Of a stretch of DNA of 64,000 nt, positions 38,001 through 51,499 are shown piece by piece. Each line of letters begins with the position of its first letter. Position 1 is the stretch's first letter. Under the pieces are notes generated by a model. That model did no database searches, was not told the DNA's origin, and saw nothing but the letters and a program-made list of their open reading frames with translations. Source of the DNA: Auanema rhodensis (lineage: Eukaryota; Animalia; Nematoda); NCBI GenBank assembly GCA_964057225.1, contig OZ059899.1, positions 10,788,001 to 10,852,000 on the forward strand, given 5' to 3'. The position numbers and the translations under genes are program-made.

Positions 38001-40293
38001 CTTCAGTGCTCAAATCGTAGCTATCGATAGGAGCAAAGAATAATTGTTTATCGTGTGTTAAAACAGGGGTCTCTGCATAACATTTATCATTGTAAGAATG
38101 ATTACGATAAATGAAATGTGGTTCTATTTCCTGACAAGTTGTTATTTTTAAAACATTTCTTCCAACAAATCGGGCAACGATATCATCCCGCTGAAGCATA
38201 GCTCTTACTCCTATTGTAGGATGTATACGTAATATAGCTTGCCAGCTTTTTACAGTTTCCATTTGAGATTTACAGATGGTATGAAACTGTTGATGAAATT
38301 CGTCAATTATGGAGAGACGCGCTTTCTCAAACCCATAATTCAACTTATTATCTATTATCGTTTTAGTTTTATGCTCTGATTTGTGGAGAACATTGTCATA
38401 TACTTCTGCTACATACAACTCTCGACCTCTCTCGTACGCATTAGAGGTAGGAGTTGTTAAACTACGAATTGTAGTTTTGGTGGCAGTTATTGGGGTTACA
38501 GTAGTATGCTGTACCATATTTTTATCAGTTGTGATTTGAGTTTTAACCCAACTTATGAATTCTAAAACTTCTGTTTTATTGAATTTAGGATTTTCCTGTG
38601 GGTATTCGATGGACTGTGGAGGAAATCCATAATATGCTGTACTATTCTTTGTATAAAGGTTGTGATAGTCAGGCAGCTTGGATATAATTGCTAAATCTTG
38701 CTCTTGGTTATTTCTAACAGTAGCATCAGCTTTTTGTTGTCGACTGACTTGCATGTCACGAGATATTTGTTCTTTTCCCGATTGTTGTTGGATCATGAAT
38801 AACATGCCTTGAGCAGTTGCAATAATTTCAGATTGATTCATATTTCCACTGCGTGGTAATATAGATGGATATAAGGCTCTTGCCAACTGTTCAATTGATG
38901 GAACTGTTTGTGTACCATCAAGAATTGTGGCTTGATATACTACTGCGTGAGCCATTCCTCGAAAGAAATCTTCTATGGATGTTGTAGATTTCATCAAAGA
39001 TCTTTTTAACCGAGGAACTTCTATACGACGAGCTACTTGAGTGATAAGATCATCCAATTTCATGCTATTAATCATCTGTCTAGTAGCCAGTTTAATTTCC
39101 TCTATACCCATACATTGTAAAATCAAAAGATTGGGATCTTTGAAATTATTAGACTTTGCCCAGTTAGTTATGTGATCTTTTGTCAATCCTAAACTAACAA
39201 TTGTGTCAATGAACAGTGGATTATCTATCGCGAATTGGAGCAAACTCTCATAAGATGATGTAGCTGCATATCTCATATATTTTGCGTAAAACTTAGTGAT
39301 AGATGCAGATCCAAAAATGAAAGTAGGTCTTAGAAATGGAAACGCATATGGTTGGGATTTCGCATTAACAAAAAGATAATCATCACTGAAAGAGCGATGT
39401 TTTTGAGGTAATGCATTACGTTTATTTCTGCGTCTATCAGCATTAAGCAAAGTATTGGAAAGATCAAGCAAATTATAAACACGGGGATATGCTGTGAATC
39501 GGATAATTGCCTCAGAAGATGATTCAAAAACAGCGAATTCGAAACAAGATTGAACGTGAGCGGATGTGGAATGATTTTGGAGAACAAAAGCGCTTTCAAT
39601 AGAGTGAACTAGAAGAATATGATCACCCAACATGGCGGAGAAGGGGCCAAGTTTTTGATAGTGACAGACAACTGATGGGATAGGTGGTTGCCAGATAACT
39701 GCACCTTCACCAGTTGCACAAAACCCTTCATTTCCTTTACAATTATCAGTATTTATAAATAAGTCTGATACAATGTGATCTTCTTTCAATCTAGTTATTA
39801 TCCCTCGCTTCAATACAAATTGTTCAATTTCTACACATTCTTCAGTGGACCAAGAGCGAGTTGGATTATGCTCGTTTAATGGTGTTTCAAAAACTGAATG
39901 CTGTTGGGCATTCATGATTTTATCATTCCACATACGATTTCTATGTGCTCGAACACAATCTTTCTTATCTACTGTTTCAATATGAGAGAATGTGGTGTTA
40001 CGATCTCTCAAAAACATGAAATCTCTCACACAGCTTTTATACTTTTTCACATAGCATTTCCATGCTTCCCATGACTCTATCTCAGCCTTTGGTAGATATA
40101 TTTCTACCTCAACACTGTGAGCCTTTTCAATTTCTGCCTTATGGCAGCCTGTGACCACAGGAGGTGTTACTAATATACCCCCTTCAGATTGAGCGCAAGT
40201 CTGATATATTAGCCGGACAGTTATCATTATTAATTTGAGAAAGTGCTTCGCGAATTCAGGGAACTCCAGCTTGAACTTTCCGTATTTCTTCAC
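34978..40293 (-). pseudogene. Env-PR-RT-RNaseH copy 2, truncated before the integrase core by the duplication junction
   Basis: Matches copy 1 from YQTC up to ...ANISD, then LRSI-stop. Confidence 0.88.
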
Positions 40294-43200
40294 AATTTAG
40301 TTGGTCAATAGAAGAAATAGTTGTGATATGAGCAATAAAAGCATCAACAGGTTTTACTTTGTCCTTTGGTTTAGTAGGACGACTGTCATTTGCTTCGTTT
40401 CCTATATACCTGGAGAGAGCATCACAGACACTGTTTAATTTGCCAGGACGATATTCAATCTTTATGTTGAAATCTTGTATCATTAGTTGATACTTGGCTA
40501 ATCTACCTATGAGATCTTTACGCGACATTAAACTGGTTAATGGTCGGTGATCTGTGATAACTGTGGTAGGTACTCCTAATACATAGGTACGGAATTGTTG
40601 AAGAGCAAAGACTAAACCGAGTGCTTCAACTTCAATAGGAGGATATTTCCGTTCCGCTGGAGTCAACTTTCTACTAGCGAACGCAATCGGGTGTAATGGA
40701 GAATTTTTCTCTGCTGATTGCAATAAAACTGCTCCCACAGCGATCATACTGCCATCACTTTCTATAACAAAAGGTTGGTCTGCTTTAGGAGGTTTCAGTA
40801 CAGGGGCAGTACACAGTAATGTTTTTAAAGTTTTAAATGCGTCTGCATGTTCCGATTTCCACTCAAAAGGAGTATCCTTATGTGTTAACTTATACAATGG
40901 CTCAGCTATTCCGGCATAATTTTGAATAAACCGTCGAAAATAGTTAGTCATACCTAGAAAGGATCTGACAGCCGTAACTGTGCTTGGATTTGGAAATTCG
41001 GAAACAGCCTGTATTTTAGCAGGATCTGGTTTAACACCATTTCTACCTATTATAAAACCCAAAAACTTTACTTCAGTGGCTGCAAAGCAACATTTAGATA
41101 ACTTAATTTTTAACCCTAGTTCAGTGACCTTTTTCAGCACTTCTTGTATATCTCTTAAATGTTCTTCAGCTGAGTTCGAAATTATTAGCAAATCATCTAG
41201 ATATACAAACAGTTTGCATCTAACAAGAGATTGCAAGTATCGTACTGCGGATTGAAAAGTGTGTGGCGCTCCACACAATCCCATAGGCATTCGGCAATAC
41301 TGATAGGTACCTGATGGAGTGGTAAAAGCAGTTAGGTATCTATCTGAGTGTTTCAACGGTATTTGGAAGAAACCAGAAATGAGATCAAAATTCGAAAAGA
41401 ACTGAGCTCCAGCCGCTAAGTCTATGATATCAGGAATGTGTGGGATGCTGTATGTTTGTTTCTTAGTAACACTATTCAATGCTCTAAAGTCAGTAACGAA
41501 CCGGAAAGAATTATCTTTCTTTTTCACAAGAACAACTGGACTAGTGAAAGTAGCCGTCGAATTTTCGATTATACCTTGCGACAACATTTCTTTCACTTGC
41601 CGTTCTACTTCTTCTTGCTTACCCAATGGTACTCTGTAAGATCTACTTTTTGGAAAATCCATATCAGATCTTACAGGAATGGCATGTTCAACTGGTCCGC
41701 AAAAGAGACCAATATTATGATCATGGTTGAAAAATGCCGTTTGGTTTTCCTTAATGATTGTGATCAGATTTTTCTTCATTTTATGGGACAGAGTGCAAGA
41801 ATTAAAGTTCAAATCATCCAAAAGATGCTGAGGAAAAGTTGGTAACTTATCTTCCCAATCAGCTTCAGGTGGAACATAATCGTTCATAATTTCTTTAGAT
41901 GCTATAAGTCCTGAACCAATGTGGTCATTTTTATTAATTTTAATTGGCTTTGAAGAATTGTTTGATACTACCATAGTAATAGGAAAAGGTCCTATGGCGG
42001 CATCTGGAATTGAGATAGGACCTGTGCTAGATTTTAAAAGAGCATATTGATCAAAATCTAATTCTGGTCCTGTTTGCAAAGATATGTGGGAGGTACTATG
42101 TGGTGGAACTGTTACTGTGGACAAACTTATGATATTTACTGTTTTAGTTGTGGTTTTATATGCAAAACAACCAGGTTTTACTAAGGGTGTTTCCATATTA
42201 CCAACAATCAACTTTCCTTTACATAGTTTTAATGTAGTAAATATCTCTCTTTCTTCCAACGTACGCATAAAATCAGTACCAAGTAACATTTGTCCTGGAC
42301 AGTCATTGTCTTCAGATATTAAAAATTCGTGTTCCACTTGGTAACCTGCTATACCCACATCTAACTTGCATTTTCCCACAAAGCGAAACTCTGATCCATT
42401 TGCAGTGGATGCAGATTTAGAATATTTTGTAAAATATTGTCTTCCAATATATGCCAATGTGGAGAACGGAATATATGAGACAGTAGCTCCAGAATCCCAT
42501 AATGCTAACAGTCCTCTACCTTCAATGTCAATATGAACAAACGGTAACATGTGTCCATCTTTCTTTGTTGTTGTGTGACATACAAAAGGTATGGCTAAAG
42601 GAATGTAAGTTATGATGGTGGGAAAATAGCTTCGCATCAATTCATCACTAACTGTTTCATGAATCTCATCTCCCTCAAGTGGTGGAGCTGTTGGGCTCAA
42701 CATGATATGGTTTATTTTTAACATAGAAGTAGGGGAGAGATAACATTTTATAGTGAAATATAATGCTATCATTAGACATAATATCAGAGTTATACAACCG
42801 ATGGTAATGAGTGTTCGTTCAATTGAACCTATACAAAAGTCAATGAACAGATCCCAATTGGAGAAAACAATTTTCCTGGCATCTCTTATAAGTTTACTTC
42901 CTTTGAAGATGAAAGAGGAAATTTGAGGCCAATCACGTGAACGAGAAATTACGCGGAGAAGATCATGGTGAGGTGAAGTAGATAAACTATAACCATAAGT
43001 TAATCCAATAGATAGGGCTAAGGATTTTTCAGTCGAATTTTCAAACAAATTCCGCCCTGTGAATCGAAGTTTACTCAATTCAGCATAATGATCATGTTTT
43101 TCTGAATGAATACTATCTACTTTATGTGTGTCACCTTTATAATCTCTCCATGTTCCATTTTCATACCAAATCTCTGTCTCTTTGTGTTCACAATTGATCT

Positions 43201-44606
43201 CATGTCCTTCAGTGCTCAAATCGTAGCTATCGATAGGAGCAAAGAATAATTGTTTATCGTGTGTTAAAACAGGGGTCTCTGCATAACATTTATCATTGTA
43301 AGAATGATTACGATAAATGAAATGTGGTTCTATTTCCTGACAAGTTGTTATTTTTAAAACATTTCTTCCAACAAATCGGGCAACGATATCATCCCGCTGA
43401 AGCATAGCTCTTACTCCTATTGTAGGATGTATACGTAATATAGCTTGCCAGCTTTTTACAGTTTCCATTTGAGATTTACAGATGGTATGAAACTGTTGAT
43501 GAAATTCGTCAATTATGGAGAGACGCGCTTTCTCAAACCCATAATTCAACTTATCATCTATTATCGTTTTAGTTTTATGCTCTGATTTGTGGAGAACATT
43601 GTCATATACTTCTGCTACATACAACTCTCGACCTCTCTCGTACGCATTAGAGGTAGGAGTTGTTAAACTACGAATTGTAGTTTTGGTGGCAGTTATTGGG
43701 GTTACAGTAGTATGCTGTACCATATTTTTATCAGTTGTGATTTGAGTTTTAACCCAACTTATGAATTCTAAAACTTCTGTTTTATTGAATTTAGGATTTT
43801 CCTGTGGGTATTCGATGGACTGTGGAGGAAATCCATAATATGCTGTACTATTCTTTGTATAAAGGTTGTGATAGTCAGGCAGCTTGGATATAATTGCTAA
43901 ATCTTGCTCTTGGTTATTTCTAACAGTAGCATCAGCTTTTTGTTGTCGACTGACTTGCATGTCACGAGATATTTGTTCTTTTCCCGATTGTTGTTGGATC
44001 ATGAATAACATGCCTTGAGCAGTTGCAATAATTTCAGATTGATTCATATTTCCACTGCGTGGTAATATAGATGGATATAAGGCTCTTGCCAACTGTTCAA
44101 TTGATGGAACTGTTTGTGTACCATCAAGAATTGTGGCTTGATATACTACTGCGTGAGCCATTCCTCGAAAGAAATCTTCTATGGATGTTGTAGATTTCAT
44201 CAAAGATCTTTTTAACCGAGGAACTTCTATACGACGAGCTACTTGAGTGATAAGATCATCCAATTTCATGCTATTAATCATCTGTCTAGTAGCCAGTTTA
44301 ATTTCCTCTATACCCATACATTGTAAAATCAAAAGATTGGGATCTTTGAAATTATTAGACTTTGCCCAGTTAGTTATGTGATCTTTTGTCAATCCTAAAC
44401 TAACAATTGTGTCAATGAACAGTGGATTATCTATCGCGAATTGGAGCAAACTCTCATAAGATGATGTAGCTGCATATCTCATATATTTTGCGTAAAACTT
44501 AGTGATAGATGCAGATCCAAAAATGAAAGTAGGTCTTAGAAATGGAAACGCATATGGTTGGGATTTCGCATTAACAAAAAGATAATCATCACTGAAAGAG
44601 CGATGT
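40256..44606 (-). pseudogene. Env(5'-truncated)-PR-RT-RNaseH copy 3 with TGG>TGA nonsense near its end
   Basis: Begins at HRSFSDD fused to leader sequence at 44606/44607; cgaattcagg vs cgaatccagg at 40256. Confidence 0.88.
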
Positions 44607-45250
44607 GTCTCATGTCTCATCTCGTATATTAAGTTCGATTTTATAAAGTTTATTAAGATTTGTAGAAAGAATTTCAAAATAAATCTTAATTAAGATAATT
44701 TTTAATTTAATTTCAAAAGATTTAGAAGGTAATTTAAGATTGATATAGGAATTTAAATTCAGTAATCTGTCAATAATATAGGAAAAAGGAAACGTTGGCA
44801 GACGTAGAGTGGACTTGGGTGGGTAGGAATTTAAATATTCTTATTATCTCTGAACTAATAAGAAAAGAGTTAACAGGAGTAGAACCCTGATGAACCCTTG
44901 GATGTGAATCAAAATCAAAAATCGTAAATAAAATTATCCCAACAGCCTCCAGCTTCCAAACAACTCAGCTAAAAAGTGAGCTCTGTTGCCACACTGGACA
45001 TTCACATCATAAAGTAATGAATCAAAATAGCACGCGCGTGCATAACAAAAAGGTAACGCTCGTCAAAACTATTGTCTGATAGTTTCCCCAAACGTCTCAG
45101 ACACCTCCCAGTTTTCGTTGAGCGGAGGAGAAGTGGTAGCCAAAATAATTTTTGGGGAAATCATGGTGCACGGCTCGGTTACTCCTCACTGTTGGGTAAT
45201 TAAGTCCAAAAGTCTCGTAAACTTGCTGTCAATAAATTAAAAGTAAGCAA

Positions 45251-45263
45251 GGTGGAACCTCCA
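45251..45263 (-). promoter_or_regulatory. Primer binding site complementary to the tRNA-Gln 3' end
   Basis: TGGAGGTTCCACC abuts the 5' LTR; complement GGTGGAACCT-CCA is the conserved 3' end of animal tRNA-Gln (acceptor GGTTCCA/TGGAACC, U73). Confidence 0.88.
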
Positions 45264-45646
45264 CGTTACATATTGTTTCTTCCCGTCTTTTCATGGTCGG
45301 AAGATATATGTACTTCTACCTTGTTCCTTAGGTAGGCAGACCCGAACGCCCCGATTTCCTTATTAAGACAAATACTTAAAGAGAAAAAGATTCATTATCA
45401 GATAACAAGAAAATACAATATAAGAATTACATTAAGTAAGAATATAAAGAGATCTAATAAAGTATTAAATAGAGTATATATATATAGATGATATAGAGAT
45501 GAGACTCACATGGCTATAAGACAACCTATCTGGGTTAGGCCAGAAGCAAGAGTGCCATGTGTGTCCCATGTTGTGGGCGGGGCTTGTTCAGGCTCCCGCT
45601 ATTTGAATAGCGCGCACATGTTTACCATGTGCTTGCAGATGTGACA
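45264..45646 (-). repeat. Element A 5' LTR (383 bp)
   Basis: Direct repeat of 27617-28001, next to the PBS. Confidence 0.96.
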
Positions 45647-46022
45647 CTTTTTCAAAATTTTCCATTTTTAACATTATACATCTTGACTATCACACATTGA
45701 GAACAACAGTTGGCAATGTTGGTTGTCACGTCATATTTCATGCAGTTAGATTTTCAGACACATTAATACCTTTGACCATTCTTCTTATGAGTTTTGTAAC
45801 GATTGATCGTAATAGGAGATGAATTGCTATAATATGAAAAAATACAAGACATAGTCAACATTGATTTCCCCAAATAGTATCATGTTTGCTTGTTATTCAA
45901 TTAAAACACTTATTTTTTGATTGTTTTCTTGAAATATTCTTTTTTTTTCTTTAACAAAGTTATGACTGAGATCAAAATTTGAACTTACTTTTGAACAATT
46001 AAACAGAAATTTAAAAAATATT

Positions 46023-46096
46023 TGCCGCCAGCAGGGGTCGAACCTGCGACCTTGGGCTTATTAGACCCACGCTCTAACCGACTGAGCTATGGCGGC
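46023..46096 (-). tRNA. tRNA-Ile(AAT)
   Basis: Same as 6605 copy. Confidence 0.96.
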
Positions 46097-46687
46097 TACG
46101 AAAATACGAAATAACAAAGCGCTGATTATAGGAAACGTGAATGAATGCAGATATTCTCAATTCCGATTCATTAACTAGATCGTGGTCAGCATTTTACAAC
46201 ATTGATAAAATAGAAACTGAGAAAAAAACATCAACAAATGACACTATTAACTTGGTTTTTTGAACAGCTTTTTTATATTTCTTTTTTCACTATGAGAGAA
46301 CTTATATTTATTGCTTTTTCAAAATTTTCCATTTTTAACATTATACATCTTGACTATCACACATTGAGAACAACAGTTGGCAATGTTGGTTGTCACGTCA
46401 TATTTCATGCAGTTAGATTTTCAGACACATTAATACCTTTGACCATTCTTCTTATGAGTTTTGTAACGATAGATCGTAATAGGAAATGAATTGCTATAAT
46501 ATGAAAAAATACAAGACATAGTCAACATTGATTTCTCCAAATAGTATCATGTTTGCTTGTTATTCAATTAGAACACTTATTTTTTGATTGTTTTCTTGAA
46601 ATATTTTTTTTTTCTTTAACAAAGTTATGACTGAGATCAAAATTTGAACTTACTTTTGAACAATTAAACAGAAATTTAAAAAATATT

Positions 46688-46761
46688 TGCCGCCAGCAGG
46701 GGTCGAACCTGCGACCTTGGGCTTATTAGACCCACGCTCTAACCGACTGAGCTATGGCGGC
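46688..46761 (-). tRNA. tRNA-Ile(AAT)
   Basis: Same as 6605 copy. Confidence 0.96.
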
Positions 46762-47354
46762 TACGAAAGTACGAAATAACAGAGCTCTTAGTATAGGAAA
46801 CGTGAATGAATGCAGATATTCTCAATTCCGATTCATTAACTAGATCGTGGTCAGCATTTTACAACATTGATAAAATAGAAACTGAGAAAAAAACATCAAC
46901 AAATGACACTATTAACTTGGTTTTTTGAACAGCTTTTTTATATTTCTTTTTTCACTATGAGAGAACTTATATTTATTGCTTTTTCAAAATTTTCCATTTT
47001 TAACATTATACATCTTGACTATCACACATTGAGAACAACAGTTGGCAATGTTGGTTGTCACGTCATATTTCATGCAGTTAGATTTTCAGACACATTAATA
47101 CCTTTGACCATTCTTCTTATGAGTTTTGTAACGATTGATCGTAATAGGAAATGAATTGCTATCATATGAAAAAATACAAGACATAGTCAACATTGATTTC
47201 CGAAAATAGTATCATGTTTGCTTGTTATTTAATTAGAACACTTATTTTTTCATTGTTTTCTTGAAATATTCTTTTTTTTTCTTTAACAAAGTTATGACTG
47301 AGATCAAAATTTGAACTTACTTTTGAACAATTAAACAGAAATATAAAAAATATT

Positions 47355-47405
47355 TGCCGCCAGCAGGGGTCGAACCTGCGACCTTGGGCTTATTAGACCC
47401 ACGCT
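47355..47405 (-). pseudogene. 3' part of tRNA-Ile gene split by element B
   Basis: tRNA sequence stops at ...agacccacgct, then LTR. Confidence 0.94.
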
Positions 47406-47742
47406 CGTTCCGTTATGCTCTCACATCGATCCTATAGACCAATAAAGCCTACAAGATGAGTGTGATAGTATTCCAGATGTAGCGGTAGATATAGAGCATA
47501 ATGGATAAACATAAGACTCGAGAAAGAAAGGTTTATTATGTCTACATGATTACAATAAGTTATATAAGTCTACATAAAGATATAAAGTGAAAGAGAGCTA
47601 AGAAAGGAAGACCAACCATCCATAGTCATTCCATAAGGCAAAGCTGAAGTCTGTGTTCCATATGAAGGGCGTGTCGTCCTCTCTCAGCCTCATGTCGTCT
47701 GATTCTAACCCGCCTGCTACGTATTGATTTCCGAATGGAACG
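47406..47742 (-). repeat. Element B 3' LTR (337 bp)
   Basis: No difference from 58459-58795 seen by eye; terminal inverted repeat CGTTCC...GGAACG; TATA-like TTATATAA then AATAAA on the element strand. Confidence 0.96.
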
Positions 47743-48434
47743 TGCCATTTTTTCGAGTTTATGTCGCGTCCTCGCGAATAGCAAAATATGTGGCTTATTC
47801 CAATCGTAGCAGAAGGTTTAGATTTAAGAATAAAAAATTACAATGTTAACATAAAAATAGTAAAGATAAATTACAATATAATGTTAAACAATATTATCTG
47901 AAAAGAATTTAATAAAAATTATTTGAAAATACATGAATATTAAGTAATAAAACAATCTTTCAGAATACCAGGGCTATATTTTGTCAGCGAGAGTGCGCAA
48001 AATAGCTTTTTAGGCACGACGCTGCATGTCTAACTTGTTTGAGTATAGAGAAACGAGAGTCATGCTATATTATCGATGGAGCTAGCATGTTTCTTCAGCG
48101 TATTCAAAGCGAATTGTAATAATAAAAAAATTAAACTAAATCCCATATAATTTCCGGAATTGAATCATTAACTACTTGATAAGGACTGTTGCTCAGATGA
48201 ATATGCAATATAATGTCTCTTATCTTTCATTTCTTCTTTATTTACGGGAAATTATTTGAAATTGATGAAGTTTTATAATCATATATGCTTTGAAACTGAA
48301 ATGCTTTTTCATTATTAGCTTACATCTCGTCTTACTCAAGTTTTTCAATGATATAATATTAATAGCTCTGGTTTTTTAAAAGAGAGTTGATACAAAGTTT
48401 TACAATAATTTTATCAATCTCGAAATTATTTCTT

Positions 48435-49520
48435 TCATCGTCCTCTTCTTGGTGGTAGCCAATTTTGGTCCGATGGGTCTTCTGGTTCTGTTTTTTCAGT
48501 AGAGTCATAGTTATCGTTACCATTTATGACTTTTATGATCTCAATATCGCTGTCGTCGTCCGTGTCATAAGTCGTTGTATTTGATCGCGTGTTTTGAGCG
48601 ATTGTATGCTCCATTTTGCGTTCAAAAAGTTTGAGATTGTCTTTGTGTACGTCTTGAATTTTTCCAAATGGATTCTTGAGTTGTACCATGTTTCCTTCAA
48701 CGTTGATGACTTCAAATGGTCCATCATATGATTTGCGAAGCTTTTGACCTGGTTTATGCGCTTTAATTGCTAACATAACTTGGTCTCCTTTTCGGATATC
48801 TCTTTCTTCTATTCGTTGTCGTCCATCATGTTTTCTCTTCGCGGTTTCTTGATGTTTTGCAAGATTTTCTTGAATGATGGTTCTTCTTTCTCTTCTGATA
48901 TATTCGGTATTCTCAATTTCTTCCAAGATCTCTGGTTGTAATGTCTCGGGGAATAATTCTTTGTCTAATCTCATACGACTTTCTTTTCCGAATAATGCTA
49001 TGTATGGAGAGATTCCTGTGGTTGCGTGTGTTATTGTATTTAACGCAAAAGTAATTTTTGGTAAATACATGTCCCAATCAGTTACGTCTTCGTTGAGATA
49101 GTGTGTTAATCCTTTTTCTAGCGTTCTGTGTAGTCTTTCGATTTGTCCATTAGAGTTTTTCTGATGAGGGAGTGTTGGCTCGTGTTTAATGCCAAGTTTT
49201 TCACACATTTCTTCAAATTTCTTTGATACAAAATTAGATCCACGATCGGTTATTAAACGATTTGGTGGTCCAAAAATATATACGAAATTCCTGAGAAATC
49301 TATCAATGATGACATCGGTGACAATTGTTGGTATAGCGATGGTTGTAGCCCATTTGGAGAATGAATCTTGTATTGTTAAGACATAATTGTTGTTTCGTTT
49401 TGAAGTAGGGAATGGTCCCATAATATCCATATGTATTCTCTCAAATGGTTTTGATGGTATTTCAAATTGACCCATAGGCTGAACGGTCATAGCGTGAGGA
49501 TCTTCTTCCTTTGTGCGCAT
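48435..49520 (-). pseudogene. Element B integrase core and C-terminus
   Basis: RIHMDIMGP, TDRGSNF, GQIER, YDGPF; frameshifted from the HHCC part at ~49505. Confidence 0.92.
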
Positions 49521-50260
49521 TTAACGCATTGTTTCACAAAAATTGCTATGTCCGTTTGCATATTTGTCCAGCAGAATCTTCGTAGTATGGCTTCTTTAGT
49601 TTTGTTAATTCCTTGATGTGCTCCAATTGCTGGGTCTTCGTGAAATTCTTCGATAACCTTGTTGATAAGTTCGCTTTCCCTTGGTAAAATCAAAGCTGGG
49701 TGTGGTCGTTTTCTGCTTGGTTTTGTGTATAACATGTTGTCAATAACACAATAACGATCATTAGAAAGCATGTTCTTTTTCGCTCTGTATTCTATTTCGG
49801 CGATAGTTCTCTTTATCCAAGGTGTATCCTCTTGAATTGCTCTAATGTCAGGTACATTAACGAAATTAATTTGAGCTTTCGGAATTTCTTTTGTTTTCTT
49901 TTTCTTTTCCGGTTTAGGATCGTTTGCTTCATCTCCAATGTATCGTGAGAGAGCATCACAGACTTTGTTTAGTCTGCCTTCTCGGTATCTTATCTCGATA
50001 TCGTATTCCTGTATGACTAATTGAAATTTTGCTAGTCTTCCAAAAAGGTCTCTACGAGTCAATAAGCTTGTTAATGGTCGATGGTCTGTGATACAGATTG
50101 TATGTGATCCAAGTATATATGTTCGAAACTGAGATAAAGCATATACGAGTCCTAACGCTTCTATTTCAATAGGAGCATAGTTACGTTCCGCTTTTACAAG
50201 TTTACGGCTTGCAAATGCAATTGGATGTAAGTTTTTGAGTGGTTCATTGGGATCTTCAGG
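49487..50260 (-). pseudogene. Element B RNase H C-terminus and integrase HHCC region
   Basis: In frame with the RT ORF across TAA at 50261-50263; FHEDPAIGAH...CVKC. Confidence 0.9.
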
Positions 50261-51499
50261 TTATAATAACACTGCTCCCACTGCGATATTACTACCGTCA
50301 CTTTCTATAATGAACATACGGTCTGATCTTGGTGGTTTTAAGACCGGTGCTTGGATCAATTTTCTTTTTAGTGTATCAACAGCTTGTTGACTTTTGTCAT
50401 TCCATTGAAATTCCACATCAAGTTTTGTAAGGTCGTATAAAGGGCTTGCGATGTGTGCAAAATCCTTAATAAATTTTCTAAAGAATCCTACCATTCCCAA
50501 AAATGCTCTTACTCCTGTAGGTGACTTTGGAGCAGGATAGTCTTGAATGGCGGATACTTTCTGTGGATCTGGTTTGACCCCATCTCTTCCGACAATTAAA
50601 CCAAGAAATTTTACTTCAGGTCTTGCAAAAGCGCATTTCTTGAGTTTAATTTTCATGCCTAATTTCTTTACTTCTCTGAGAATCTCAGCTATATCGTCAA
50701 GATGTTGTTCTGCAGTGTTTGATATAACAAGTAAATCATCCAAATAAACAAAGAGTCGGCATTTACATCGGCTTTGAAGGTATCGTACTGCTGTTTGAAA
50801 GGTATGTGGCGCTCCACATAACCCCATAGGCATCCTTCTATATTGATAAGTACCGGTGTTTGTTGTAAATGCTGTTAATGGTCGATCTGATTTCTTTAAT
50901 GCTATTTGGAAGAATCCGGATACTAAATCAAAGTTAGAAAAATATTGTGATCCGGCTGCCATATCGACAATGTCAGAGATGTTAGGTATGATGTACGTTT
51001 GCTTGCGAGTGACGTTATTTAGAGCACGGAAATCGGTTACGAAACGGAATGTTTCATCTTTCTTTTTGACTAAAACTACAGGACTATTGAAAAGAGATGT
51101 GGATGGTTCAATTATATTTTGCTTCAGCATCTCCTGTACCTGTCTTTCGACTTCTTCTTGTTTGCCTATAGGGATACGCGTTATACGCGGTCTAGGCATG
51201 TCCATATCTGTTCTTAGAGGTATTGAATGCTCTACAGGTCCTTTAAATAGTCCTATTTGTTTATCCTCATTTAAAAATGCATCTCTATTACGGAGAATAC
51301 AAAGCTGAAGAAGATCTTTTTGTTCTTTAGTTAGGTCGGCGTCTTTTAAATCAAGATCGTTCATAAAGTCCTGAGGGAAATGAGGTAATTCATTTTCCCA
51401 ATCCGCTTCAGGTGGTATATAGTCTGGATTGTGTTCGGTCGTAAAGATCTCGTATTGTGGCAGTACGCCTATTTTTGCTTTGTCAATAATGTGCTTCAA
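50261..51499 (-). pseudogene. Element B reverse transcriptase / RNase H N-terminus
   Basis: RMPMGLCGAP, YLDD, ESDGS; ends at in-frame TAA where A has Gln. Confidence 0.93.

Larger units (their letters stand above)
29787..44606. repeat. Internal tandem repeat, 5206-bp unit x ~2.85 (29787-34992, 34993-40198, 40199-44606)
   Basis: ORFs repeat at offset 5206; junction microhomology gtctgata at 29787, 34993 and 40199. Confidence 0.95.
27617..45646 (-). mobile_element. Element A: env-bearing Ty3/gypsy LTR retrotransposon (endogenous-retrovirus-like), gag deleted, internally triplicated, 18,030 bp
   Basis: Two LTRs, TSD cttt (27613-27616 / 45647-45650), PBS, PPT, domain order env-PR-RT-RH-IN. Confidence 0.96.
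45647..47405. repeat. tRNA-Ile array, middle block (~2.6 units)
   Basis: Array unit resumes exactly at the TSD of element A. Confidence 0.96.
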
